Shown here piece after piece: positions 40,478 to 50,867 of a stretch of 52,580 bases of DNA (its first letter is position 1; the number at the start of each line of letters is the position of its first letter). Under the pieces are notes generated by a model that did not search any database, was not told the DNA's origin, and was given only the letters and a program-made list of their open reading frames with translations. This DNA comes from Malassezia furfur. Taxonomy: Eukaryota. Made by a program: the position numbers and the translations under genes. Where the stretch lies: the NCBI GenBank assembly GCA_052055015.1, contig JBQJIT010000027.1. One strand, given 5' to 3'.

Positions 40478-41452
40478 TTATTCCTCCCTACGACTCGAGC
40501 GCAGGCGGGCTTCGGTCGCCGCGCGGATCGCGTCACGATCGGGTACCGAGCTCGGCTTGGCCCGTGCGGTACCTGCGGCGGTGCCGGTCGTTTGGCCCCG
40601 TGCTCCGAGTGGCCACCACGACGAGGGCCACCAGCTCGACGTACCCGGCTGCGGCGCGCGAGCAGTATACGCTGTCCCGTACGATCGCGATTGTATCCGC
40701 GTGTTACCCGCCAACAGTCGCCGGACGCGAGGCGGCGTGACCAGCCAGGGCTGGATGTATTTGATGAGCACCGCATCCAAATTCGCGCGGCGCCCAAGCG
40801 AGTTACCCGGGCGAAGGCGCGCATAGCGGATATAGTTCCACACAAACGCAGATGCCAGACCGGTCGCCGCCTCCAGCATCAAGGCCGGGCCGCCGACGAC
40901 CAAATCGATGAGAAGGTTGGCGTACGGCAGATACTTGGCGGGCAGCGTCACTGCTCCCATCAACGAGACTTGCGCCTCGGGAATCCGCGCGGACCACACG
41001 TACTGTGTCAGCCATTCCAACATACAGTAAGCGCATTGAGTAAGGCATGGAAAAGGATGAGGCTCCGCAGGGGGTAATTCAGTGCCTGTGTGAAACATGC
41101 ACGTACCACAATCATGCAACTAATCACGAAAAGCGCCCACGTATAGTCTGCTGTGTCGCCCATCAGTCCATTCTCAAGTTCAGAGGAGGTTCGACTGAGT
41201 TAGAGCATCACATACTAGAGAAACAGGGTGTTGAGCAAAAGGGAAATTCCGTTTCCCCCGTACAGGAAGGATGTCACCAGACGCCAGACCTGGCCTTTCC
41301 GCCAAATCAGCGGCCAAAACAGCACAAAGCGATACGGAGTTGTGATTCCGAGCAGGCATGGCAGCGTCACAAATGCCTCTCCCACAAGCAATGCACGCGT
41401 CACGGGTGGCAACGAGCGACTAGGTTAGCCGGGTCACGTACATGACATCCAT
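40478..41452 (-). CDS. Derlin (Der1/Dfm1-like ERAD membrane protein), 5 exons
   Basis: MDVIRSLPPVTR...QVWRLVTSFLYGG...LYRTSSELE...ADYTWALF...YVWS...PAKYLPY after removing introns 41420-41441 (22 nt), 41195-41215 (21), 41086-41106 (21) and 41003-41025 (23). Confidence 0.87.
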
Positions 41453-41498
41453 GGTCCCAACACGTCACAATGTGGAGGCAACCTACAACCAGTGCGCC

Positions 41499-42483
41499 AT
41501 GGGTGACGCAGTAGTGAACAGTTTCCGGTTGAACCGCGTGATCAATGAAGGTACGCTGCGCACTCACCAGACCCCCGCGCCAAAACCATCAATTTGCTAG
41601 GTGCATGCGAGATCAATGGCCAGGTTGCGCCTGCCGTCCTGCTCTTGGAACGTGCGTTCTATCCCGAGTCATTTGTGGAATCGATGAAGCACGGACCACA
41701 AGAGGCATTTTCCCGCCTGGAAACGATCGGCCAGAATGATGTGTATACATGGGTACTTGGTTACCAGAAGGATGGAAGCCAAGGTGGAGCGCACTCGAAA
41801 CTCACGCTGATCTGCCCTGCCGGAAACGAGGTGGTGGAAAAGTACAGTGCGCATGAGCGCCGCATGATCATCGAAACACCTCAGCTGTATGAAAAGGTGA
41901 CCGCCCCTTGGATTGAATCCATACCAAGGTCCAAAACGCAGTGGGTCCGCAACATCCTGGACGGTGTGTCCGAGTCAGAGTCGGTACTATACCGCGACGA
42001 CGACCCCAAGAGTGGGTTTGTGCTTACTCCGGACCTCAAATGGGACCAGCGAACCTTGAGTTCCTTGTATCTGGTGGCCATTGTCAAGGACGAATCTCTG
42101 ACGAACTTGCGTGACCTAACCAAAGAACAAATTCCTTTGCTCAAGAAGATCAAAGCAGCTGCGGCCAAAGTGGCCACCGAAAAGTATGGGCTGAGCGCAC
42201 CGAGCGAGGATGGCATCGAGTCGTCGCTGCGCTGCTACATTCACTACATGCCTACATTTTTGTATGTATTTGCTACTTATGACCTAGCCACCTTCATGTG
42301 CACATCCTGTCGGTCAACTTCATCTCGCATCCCGGGGCCATTGTCGGACAGGCCCAGCTGCTTGAGGATGTCATTGGCCTTCTCGAGGCAGGCGTGGACT
42401 TCAAGAAGCGCACGCTAGGCTATCAGCTGACTGAGGGACACGCCCTGTTGAAAGAGCTGCGGAAATATAACGCGAGCACATAG
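41499..42483 (+). CDS. DCS1: m7GpppX diphosphatase (scavenger decapping enzyme DcpS), 3 exons
   Basis: FRLNRVINEDP, NDVYTW, KLTLICPA, PDLKWD, and the HIT motif HYMPTFFHLHVH, which is restored only by splicing 42262-42287. First intron is 41551-41570 (20 nt). Confidence 0.92.
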
Positions 42484-42601
42484 TGCAAAGGAAGATTCTG
42501 CCAACTTTGGGGACCGAGGCCCTAGGCCAGGTCCGGGGAATAGTCAACGACCGCAAGCCAGGGCATCATATGGTCTTGCTGCTTACGCCTTCATAAGCAA
42601 A

Positions 42602-42687
42602 GACCCTATAACTCAGTTGGTTAGAGTGTGGAGCTAATACCCTCTTGTGTTACTCCAAAGTCGCCAGTTCGAGCCTGGTTAGGGTCA
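42602..42687 (+). tRNA. tRNA-Ile(AAT) with 12-nt intron (42640-42651)
   Basis: GACCCTA/TAGGGTC acceptor, ACTC/GAGT D-stem, TGGAG-CT-AAT-A...A-CTCCA, GCCAG-TTCGAGC-CTGGT, downstream T6. Confidence 0.92.
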
Positions 42688-42831
42688 AGCTTACTTTTTT
42701 GGAATATATTTTTCTGACGTACAAACCGAGTTGGACCCCACACGGCCGTGCGCCCCCCTTTACGTACGCAACTGCCCAGAATGCAAAGTAACTAGCAATG
42801 TCTAGTGGCACAATGGTTATTCAATATACAG

Positions 42832-43534
42832 CTATTTTTCAGGACTTGACTCAGTCTTCACATTGTCGCTTGCCTCGGTCGTCTTCGGCTTGGTACTCGG
42901 CTGGGATTCTGTGTTTCTCAGCTCTTTTGGAGGCTGAGATTCATGTTTCGGCTTGTCCGTGCTGCTCTCTTTTGTAGATTTCCGCACAATTCCCAATGCT
43001 GAGGCCCCATCGCGCTTTCGCTTTGCGCTCATTGCTCGTGGCTTGCCTTTGGGAGGGGAGGGGCCAGACTCTTGCTTGTTCACACTAGGCGGAGTTGGAG
43101 CTACCTTGCTCTCTGCCGCTCTGATCGTTAGATCAATATTATACATACTTCCTGAATGCTTGCAAAGCGGCCTCTTCTTCTTTCCGGCGTTCTTCGTCAC
43201 GGCGTTTTTTGTCCCGTGCAATGTCCGCAAGAAACATGGTTTCCGACTCGTCCAAACCACGGTATTGATTCGCAAGTCGGAACATGTCATCCATCTCTTC
43301 CTGTTTCCGATCTTGTTGTTCTTTAAGACGCTGAGTTAGTCAAACTGCCTACCTCGTAGAGTGGACGAGGGTCATATTTGTCCTCGTACGGCGCACGTTC
43401 GGGAGGTTCCTGTCCAATCCTGATCGTGAGCTGAATATCACATACCATTCATACACCTCTTTCAGCTCTTTTTCACGCTGTTTCTTCTCGTCGTCGACAT
43501 TGTCTTGGCTGACGAAGCGCGACGGTGCGCTCAT
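42832..43534 (-). CDS. Fyv6/FAM192A (PSME3IP1)-like protein, 4 exons
   Basis: SRFVS...[42 protein letters not shown], the family N-terminal signature, after splicing 43420-43445, 43331-43352 and 43121-43148. Confidence 0.8.
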
Positions 43535-43592
43535 CGTTGCACTATGCTGAGCCCGATCTAATCGGGCAAAGTTTCTAGACATCTTGCATGCA

Positions 43593-46500
43593 ATGTCGTC
43601 CGATGCCTTAGGCATCGCTGGCGCATTGCAAGCGGAATCGGATGCCGAAGATCGCGAGCTCGTACGGTTTGAGAATGCGGAGTCCTATTTTGCGAAGCAG
43701 TCCGAGCTTCTGGCCGCAGAAGTCCAACGGTCGGAGCGTGCCGGACCATTGCTCGAGGAGCTTGTGCGAGAGGTACGTGTCGTATTAACTCCAGATCCAA
43801 GTATACCAAGAACAAGCCTACTTGCTAGATCCATACCTGGAGCGTCTTGTGGATCCACCAGCATCCATGCTGCAAAATGAAGTCAAACATCATGCCTCGT
43901 CCTGGGCTGCACCTGATGTGGAAAGACTAGGCCACTACTGCCGTCTCCTTTACGTGTATACCAAAGTTCGGGGCTATAAGGTTGTGTGTACGTGATAAAT
44001 GCTAAAGAAAGCACGCTTTTTACCGCACGAAATTGGCGACATGCTGCCACTCCTTTCTCTCTTGGAACAGTTGCAGAGAGACGTACAGGCAGGCCGCTCC
44101 GTGCCTTGGGAAGTTTCCTATATTCTCCTTTTGTGGCTTTCCCTGGTGGCATTGATTCCCTTTTCACTAGGAGAAAGTGCAACCAGCGATGCTCCGTTTG
44201 ATCGGATGGAAGGGATTGCGCGGTATTTTATCACGCGACCCGGCAAGGAGCGCGACGCAGCAAGCGTACTTCTTGGAAAGCTTTATTGCCGTCGAGATGT
44301 CTCAAAAGCACGTATGACATCCCTATTTACATGGGCCCAGGAGCGCATGCGGGTAACACACTCCTCGTTTGAAGCCACCGGTATTCTGCAAACGTTCTGT
44401 GCGATCGCCAAGGCAATCGACTCGTCCTTCGCGTGCAGGCATATGTCCGAGTTGCAGTCGCTTCTTATGCTTTACGACCCATGGAGCCAAAAAAGCATGT
44501 CTGTGGACCGGTTCCGGACCAAACTCGCTGGTCGCCTTGCGTTGCAGCTCCTCGCGGTCGATCCGGAGTGTGAATGGCTGGGGGATTTTGTGAATACCCT
44601 TCTTTTCGCTCTAGGGCATGCGGTACGTTCCATTCTTTCTTACACAGGATTCACGCGTGCGCTTTAGTGCGGCGAAAAGTCTTGCCAGGATAGCGGCACG
44701 CGTCTCGGAGGAGATGCGGACGCAACTGATCGAGGCGCTGCTGGAGCAACTCGCCGAGAATGCCCAGATGGACAATGCGCTCTTGGATGAAATGGCAAAT
44801 GCCACAGTGCAGACATTTTCTCCGTCACTTGTGCGCGCACTGGATGCATACGATATGTATGCCGTGTCGGACAGCACATGGCATGGCGTATTTTTGGCGC
44901 TTGCCGAGTGTATGCGCCGCACGCTTGTACCAACCTCCTTGTTATGCCGTGTGATGTACTGGGTCCATCGGGGCCTTCTTTTCGATATTCCTCGCGGTGC
45001 GGGCGCCGCGGGCAGCAATGTCCGAGACGCGTGCTGTTATGTGTTATGGGCGTTGGCTCGGATACGTCAAGTCGACCTACTTGCCCCATTCACGCAGAGT
45101 GTCGCGCAACGCCTGTTGGTGGTCGCCACGCTGGATCGCGAGACCAGCATTCGCCGTGCGGCTAGTGCTGCCTTTCAGGAATGGGTGGGTCGGACGACGT
45201 TTGTTCCGTATGGCATCAAAGTTCTTCGCGAGACCGATTTTGCAGCAGTGGGTGTGTTGCGGCATGCGTACACCGTATGCGCACCCCGTGTGGCTGAGTG
45301 CGACGTATATCGGGCGCCTCTCCTTGCACATCTTCAACACGTATGCCTGTCCCACTGGGATGTACACATTCGCCAACTTGCGGCGACGGCCCTCGAAAAA
45401 ATTCTCGCTCACGAAACGTCGTGTGTCTCTGGGGTAATTGAGGTCCAGATCCGCGCGGCACAATCCATGGACACAAACAAAGTCCACGGCGCTTTGCTTG
45501 CGCTGGCCGCGCTTAGCCCTACGTTCATAAGTGCGACGCAGGGTTCCCAGGTGCTGAATGCCACATTGGCATTACCACCTCGTCTCTTTTTGACGCCGGG
45601 TGGTGCATCGATCCTGGAGGCCGCATGTCGCGTCATTGCGGCTGTAGCCCCTCTGGCACGCGGGGCAAGCCTGTCCTTGCTCCAAACCGCCGCGGCGCGG
45701 CCCGAGGGAGCGATTCACGAGGCGGTAGCAGCCGCAATCGATGCACTCGGAGATGACGACGTGGTGGAAGCATTTGTGACACGGCTCTTGAATACATGGA
45801 CAACTTGTACTCCCGAAGAACAGCGCAGTGGCGCCTTGGCACTGGGCAACAAGAGTACAAAATGGGCCGAACGGCGACGGTTACTCTTGTGCGACGCTGT
45901 GCAGAGCATCCACGGTGAAGACGTCGAGACGCGGCGCAACGCTGCGGCTGCTCTCCCTGCAGTGGTATGCGGATCCGCTGAGGAGACACACCGTGTTATC
46001 AATGCTTTGCTGGGTGGACTGCAAGATCACACCACTGACCAGCGCGGCGACGTCGGTTCCTGGGTCCGTGCGCAGTGCCTGGAATCCCTGCTTCAGGCAG
46101 TGCAACAAGCTTCGCAGCTAATTGACTTGCCAACGGTGTGCACAGCAATCAGTGCGAGTGTGGTGGAACGTATTGATTCCGTCCGCAGCACGGCTTGTGT
46201 AGTGCTACGCGACCTGGCTTGTCATCATTCCGTGCCGGCGCGTGATGCTGTGCAGCGTGCACTTGACGCGCCGGAAGCCACATTCCGTGACGCACGTACG
46301 GCATTTGCTCGCGTTGTTCCGCTGCTCTCCGAGGATGCGTACCGAGTGGCGATGCTCCCGACGCTAACGCGCACGATCGCGAGTCGTTCGGAATCGGCGG
46401 TGCGTTACTTCTTTTTTTTTTGCGTGCTCACTCAGCTTCGGGATGCGGGGCAAGCATTGGTGGATTGGCTATCTGATGCGGATCGTGCGATGGTGGATGC

Positions 46501-47077
46501 TGTGTATGCGGATCTCTTGGTACTGGCACAGCGTCATGTGCGTGACAACCGTGTGATCGTCCCTGTGTTGCAGACCATGCAGCACCTACTCGAATGGGAC
46601 ATTTTGCCCGGTAACGGGGCCATGTATGTTGTCATGCTGACGCAGTCTGGACCGGCTAGTGCGTGTTGCAACGGCGTACGTGGCGACGCTGAAGAGCGTG
46701 CCGCGGTTGACTGTGTCGATACACATGTACGTCTACGTGTCTTACCCAGTACCGTGCAAGCTCTGCGCATCCCCCGCGTTCGTGCGCGTGCGCTCGCGAG
46801 TCTCGGGGCCTTTCTGACGCACCGGTATCCAGCGATTCGGATGAATGCCAGCGAACAGCTGCTGTTTCTACTACAATCCGAAAGCACGTCCGACGAGCTA
46901 TTAGAAGAGCGTCTATTGAGTACGCCGTGGTGCGTCACCAAAAACTCACGCAGGGCTTCCGACGATTCGGACCATCTCGCGGAAGCATCCGCGACCGTGG
47001 TTAAGGCGTTGACGAAGATGCTTGAGCACCAGTTGGGGGAGGGGGATAGGGGAGATGATATGGTATCCAGTTCCTAG
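43593..47077 (+). CDS. Tubulin-folding cofactor D (HEAT repeats), about 8 exons
   Basis: YQEQAYLLDPYLE, KVRGYK, RFLPHE, LLLWLSL, VRFSAAKSLARI, NVRDACCYVLWA, DRETSIRRAASAAFQEWVGR, DQRGDVGSWVR. Introns at 43773-43794, 43988-44011, 44623-44647, 46400-46435, 46624-46645, 46727-46749 and 46930-46953. Confidence 0.9.
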
Positions 47078-47080
47078 ACG

Positions 47081-47557
47081 TTACTCGCTGAAGAACGCCC
47101 GCAGTGTCGACTCGGCCTCGTTATACTGCTCCTTGACCTGCTTCATGGTCTGAACGAGCTTTTCCATGGCCTCCTCTTTCGTCAGCTGCGTCACGCCGTC
47201 TGCGTCGTGCTGTGTGCCGTAGTGCTGCATCGTCTCGCAACTGTCGCGCACCTTGATGACACCGACGGCGGCCGACGAGCCCTTGAGGAAGTGACCAAGC
47301 GTCGAGAGCTCTTCGAGGTTCTCCTTCGCACTGGATTAGCCGATGAGCACGTACAGGGCATTGTTCATCTTCTCAAACGTCGACTCGGCCTGCTCGAAGT
47401 AGTTGTATACCAGGCTCTTGCTGAAATCGCGATCGTCCTCCTCGTCCATCTCCAACAATTGGTCGAAGACTTCTACATCAATCACGTCTGGCGGAAGTGA
47501 CGAGGCATCGTTGGCGGCAGGCTGGGTGAGGGGGACACGTACGGCATTTGCGCTCAT
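47081..47557 (-). CDS. YPD1: Histidine phosphotransfer protein
   Basis: FDQLLEMDEEDDRDFSKSLVYNYFEQAESTF and LGHFLKGSSAAVG (phospho-His). Introns at 47331-47354 (24 nt) and probably 47522-47542 (21 nt). Confidence 0.93.
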
Positions 47558-47655
47558 CGTGGACCAAGCCACCGCTTGCCATCGGGATGACGCACCACCA
47601 CGTGGGCCCCATGTGACAGGGTCCGCGCGCATCTTGGTCCCGTCACGTTGCCACG

Positions 47656-49617
47656 ATGTCCCACAATCCGTTCCTTGCGCACGCTGCGCCGAGCGCCGCG
47701 GCGGAGGCCACGCAGCCTGCGCATCAGGAGCATGCGAGCGTCTTGGACGACCTGGCAGGTCTTGATCTAAGCTCGCCGTCGTTCTCAACCCAATCGCAGG
47801 CCCATGCTCCCGACGCACTGGCCAGCCCCAGATCCGCGCAGGGGCCCACGATCGGTGCTGCGCCCACGCAGTCGATCTACACCAATTCCGGCGTCTCGGG
47901 CGCACGCAGTGGTGGTGCGATCGATTCGCAGATCGGTACAGCGGCGCCGGGCGCCGCATCGGGCCAGGCGACTTCCCATGCGTACGCTACGCCGTCCTTT
48001 GCTTCGCCGACGTTTGCCGCATCTACCACGTACGACACCAGCGCGCCCTCTGCGAATACCTCATCGTACATGCCAAGTGCATATCCCATTGCAAAGCAGT
48101 ACTCCTCCACCGTTGCGTACGATGCCGCTTCGACGCCAGCGACCTCCTCGAACCCGTACGGCCAGATGAATGGATCGACGTACTCAGCGACCGACTCGTA
48201 TGCCAATGGCACACAGTCTGCGTCTGAGACGCAGGCAGGTGCGCGGTCTACCAAGAACCCTTTCCTTGCGACTGCGCCGGAGCCGGCGCCGACGCTGAGC
48301 TACTTGGCTTCCAGTACCACCAACGTCCCGGCGAGCCGTGCACCTGAGGCGCCTACGGCGAGCGCGGCAGCGCCTGTGGCAGCGCCTGTGGCAGTGCCTG
48401 TGGCAGCGCCTGTGGCAGCGCCCGCGGCGACGGGTGCAGCGGCGGGCGTGGCTACGAGCACGACGGCGACAAACACGACCGCGCCGAGCAATGCTCCTTC
48501 GACGGACCCCAACAGCCAGTCGCAGATCGCTGCCGACGAAGCGATTGCGCGTGCGCTCGCCCAGGAGAGCTCGGCAGACGAGGCGCAGTGGCCCCTCAAA
48601 GACATTGTGTGGAATGGGCGTCCCGCCAAGATTATTATGCAGAACGAGAATGGCCCATGCTCGCTGCTGGCGCTGTGCAATGTGCTGCTGCTTGAACAGC
48701 GCCTCGAGATTACGCCAGCGGACCGTCCCGCGGTGTCCTACTCCTATTTGTCGTCCAAGCTGACCGAGCTGCTCGTCACCAACAATACGAGCAACGATGC
48801 TGTGCAGCTGAGTGCTGCTCTCCGTGCGATGCCGTCTCTGCAGTACGGGCTGGACGTCAACATTGGCTTCTCGTCACCGATCGACTTTGTGGAAGACACC
48901 GCGCCGGATGCTCTGGCGCTCTTCCGCCTCGCGCAGGTGTCGCTGGTGCACGGCTGGCTACCGGATCCCAGCGACGCGCCGACGAGCTCGGCGCTGCAGC
49001 AGGTCGGTAACTACAACGCCGCGACGGTCGCTGTAGCGCAGGGCAACACACCCAATAGCCCGGCGGGCGGCTCTGCGGCGCTGATCTGTGGCTTCCTGGA
49101 CGAGTATGCGACGCAGCTGACGCCCTATGGGATTGCGCAGCTGCGACAGCGCATGCGGCCCAACAGCCTCGCGGTGCTGTTCCGCAACTCGCATCTCTCC
49201 GTTCTTTACCGCAGCGCGAATGCCACCGAGGAGCCGACGCTCAGCACGCTGGTGACCGACGTGGGCTTCTTGCTCGAGGACCGGATTGTGTGGGAGAGCC
49301 TACAGGACCCGCGTGGACAGTACAATGCGTACTATGATTCGCACCTCGTCCGCGTGCCCTACACGCCGCAACAGCGGCGCACGCAGCCCGCGGAGAACGG
49401 TGACGAAGACTATGCGCTGGCGCTCCAGCTCCAGAACGAGGAGCGGCAACGTGCGATGGCTGCGCGCCGCCGGCACCGCGAGCGCGATGCGAGCTATGGC
49501 CGTGCGCCTCCGTCGCACATGGGCGGTGCGACGGACACGGCGTCGTCGGCGCCGTCGACGCGCAACCCGCTCCAGAAGGTCTGGACCAAGATTAAGCGCA
49601 AGGGAGGCGCGCCGTAG
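47656..49617 (+). CDS. MINDY-1/2 family (Miy1-like) deubiquitinase
   Basis: QNENGPCSLLALCNVL (catalytic Cys), LVHGWLPDP, TQLTPYG, LFRNSHLSVL (catalytic His), TLVTDVGF, IVWESL; MIU-like DYALALQLQ. Confidence 0.9.
   Translation: MSHNPFLAHAAPSAAAEATQPAHQEHASVLDDLAGLDLSSPSFSTQSQAHAPDALASPRSAQGPTIGAAPTQSIYTNSGVSGARSGGAIDSQIGTAAPGAASGQATSHAYATPSFASPTFAASTTYDTSAPSANTSSYMPSAYPIAKQYSSTVAYDAASTPATSSNPYGQMNGSTYSATDSYANGTQSASETQAGARSTKNPFLATAPEPAPTLSYLASSTTNVPASRAPEAPTASAAAPVAAPVAVPVAAPVAAPAATGAAAGVATSTTATNTTAPSNAPSTDPNSQSQIAADEAIARALAQESSADEAQWPLKDIVWNGRPAKIIMQNENGPCSLLALCNVLLLEQRLEITPADRPAVSYSYLSSKLTELLVTNNTSNDAVQLSAALRAMPSLQYGLDVNIGFSSPIDFVEDTAPDALALFRLAQVSLVHGWLPDPSDAPTSSALQQVGNYNAATVAVAQGNTPNSPAGGSAALICGFLDEYATQLTPYGIAQLRQRMRPNSLAVLFRNSHLSVLYRSANATEEPTLSTLVTDVGFLLEDRIVWESLQDPRGQYNAYYDSHLVRVPYTPQQRRTQPAENGDEDYALALQLQNEERQRAMAARRRHRERDASYGRAPPSHMGGATDTASSAPSTRNPLQKVWTKIKRKGGAP
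48367..48423 (+). repeat. 12-nt coding tandem repeat (GCAGCGCCTGTG) x4.7, encoding AAPV
   Basis: Four near-perfect copies plus a partial copy in the disordered N-terminus of the MINDY gene. Confidence 0.85.
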
Positions 49618-49691
49618 TGCCGATCGCCCGATCACGGTAGGGTGTATGTCACGTGCTTTCTGTCGTTTGTGGGCCGCTCCAGAAGACGACG

Positions 49692-50822
49692 ATGAGCAGC
49701 GAGGAGAACTTTGACGTGACCCTGACCAAGTACAAGACGGCCGGCGAGATCGCTGCCAAGGCGATCCGCCAGGTGGTGGATGCCATCGCCGAGGGCAAGA
49801 CGGTGCTCGAGCTGGTCGAGCTCGGTGACAAGGCCGTCGAGGAGGGCACGGGCGCCGTGTACAAGGACAAGAAGCTGTCCAAGGGCCTTGCCTTCCCGAC
49901 GACCATCTCGATCAACCAGGTTGTGACCAACTTTGCGCCGCTCCCCAGCGACGAGGCGTCGAAGACCACGCTGAAGAACGGCGACGTGGTCAAGGTGCAG
50001 CTTGGTGCGCAGATCGACGGCTACCCTTCGGTGCTTGCCGAGACGGTGGTCGTGGGTGCCTCTGCCGAGCAGCCCGTGACGGGCCGTGCTGCTGATGCGA
50101 TCGCTGCCGCGTACACCGCTGCGGACGTTGCGATCCGCCTGCTCAAGCCCGGTGCGCTGAACCACGACATCCAGAAGCAGGTCGAGGGCGCGATCAAGGA
50201 GTTTGGCGTGCGCGGCCTGGACGGTATCCAGACGAACCTGTTTGCCAAGAACGAGATCTCGGGTAAGAAGAAGATTGCGTTTGGCGGTGACCTCTCGACG
50301 CGCCCCGATGCGTGCAAGCTCGAGGAGAACGAGGTGTACGGCGTGGACGTCGTGGTGACCACGTCGCCCGAGGGCAAGAGCAAGTCGGACAATGCGCACA
50401 CCTCCATCTACCGCAAGACGAACTCGACATACCTGCTCAAGATGGCGACCTCGCGCAAGGTCTACTCGGAGATCCAAAAGAAGGCCGGTGCCTTCCCCTT
50501 CAACCTGCGTGCGCTGGAGGATGAGAAGCGCGCGCGCATGGGTGTGCAGGAGTGCGCGAACCACAACCTCGTGACGCCGTTCGAGGTGCTGGTCGACACC
50601 AACTCGTCGGCGATCACCGCGCAGGTCTTCTTCACCGCGGTGGTGAGTGGCAAGGGTGCGATCCGCCTGACGCCGGCGCCGACGTGGTACACCGCTGAGA
50701 AGGTCAAGAGCGACAAGCAGATCACCGACGAGGAGACCAAGAAGCTGCTTGCGACCTCGGTGCGGCAAACCAAGAAGAAGAACAAGGGCGGTGCCGAGGC
50801 CGCGCCCGCTGCCGCGCAGTGA
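49692..50822 (+). CDS. PA2G4/EBP1 / curved-DNA-binding protein cdb4-like (MetAP fold)
   Basis: TKYKTAGEIA, KGLAFPTTISIN, GDVVKVQLGAQIDG, TGRAADAI, YLLKMATSR, FPFNLRALEDEKRARMGVQEC; Lys-rich tail. Confidence 0.9.
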   Translation: MSSEENFDVTLTKYKTAGEIAAKAIRQVVDAIAEGKTVLELVELGDKAVEEGTGAVYKDKKLSKGLAFPTTISINQVVTNFAPLPSDEASKTTLKNGDVVKVQLGAQIDGYPSVLAETVVVGASAEQPVTGRAADAIAAAYTAADVAIRLLKPGALNHDIQKQVEGAIKEFGVRGLDGIQTNLFAKNEISGKKKIAFGGDLSTRPDACKLEENEVYGVDVVVTTSPEGKSKSDNAHTSIYRKTNSTYLLKMATSRKVYSEIQKKAGAFPFNLRALEDEKRARMGVQECANHNLVTPFEVLVDTNSSAITAQVFFTAVVSGKGAIRLTPAPTWYTAEKVKSDKQITDEETKKLLATSVRQTKKKNKGGAEAAPAAAQ

Positions 50823-50867
50823 GCGACGCTGCATACGCAGATTCCGTGCATAGTCTACAGCTCGTCA

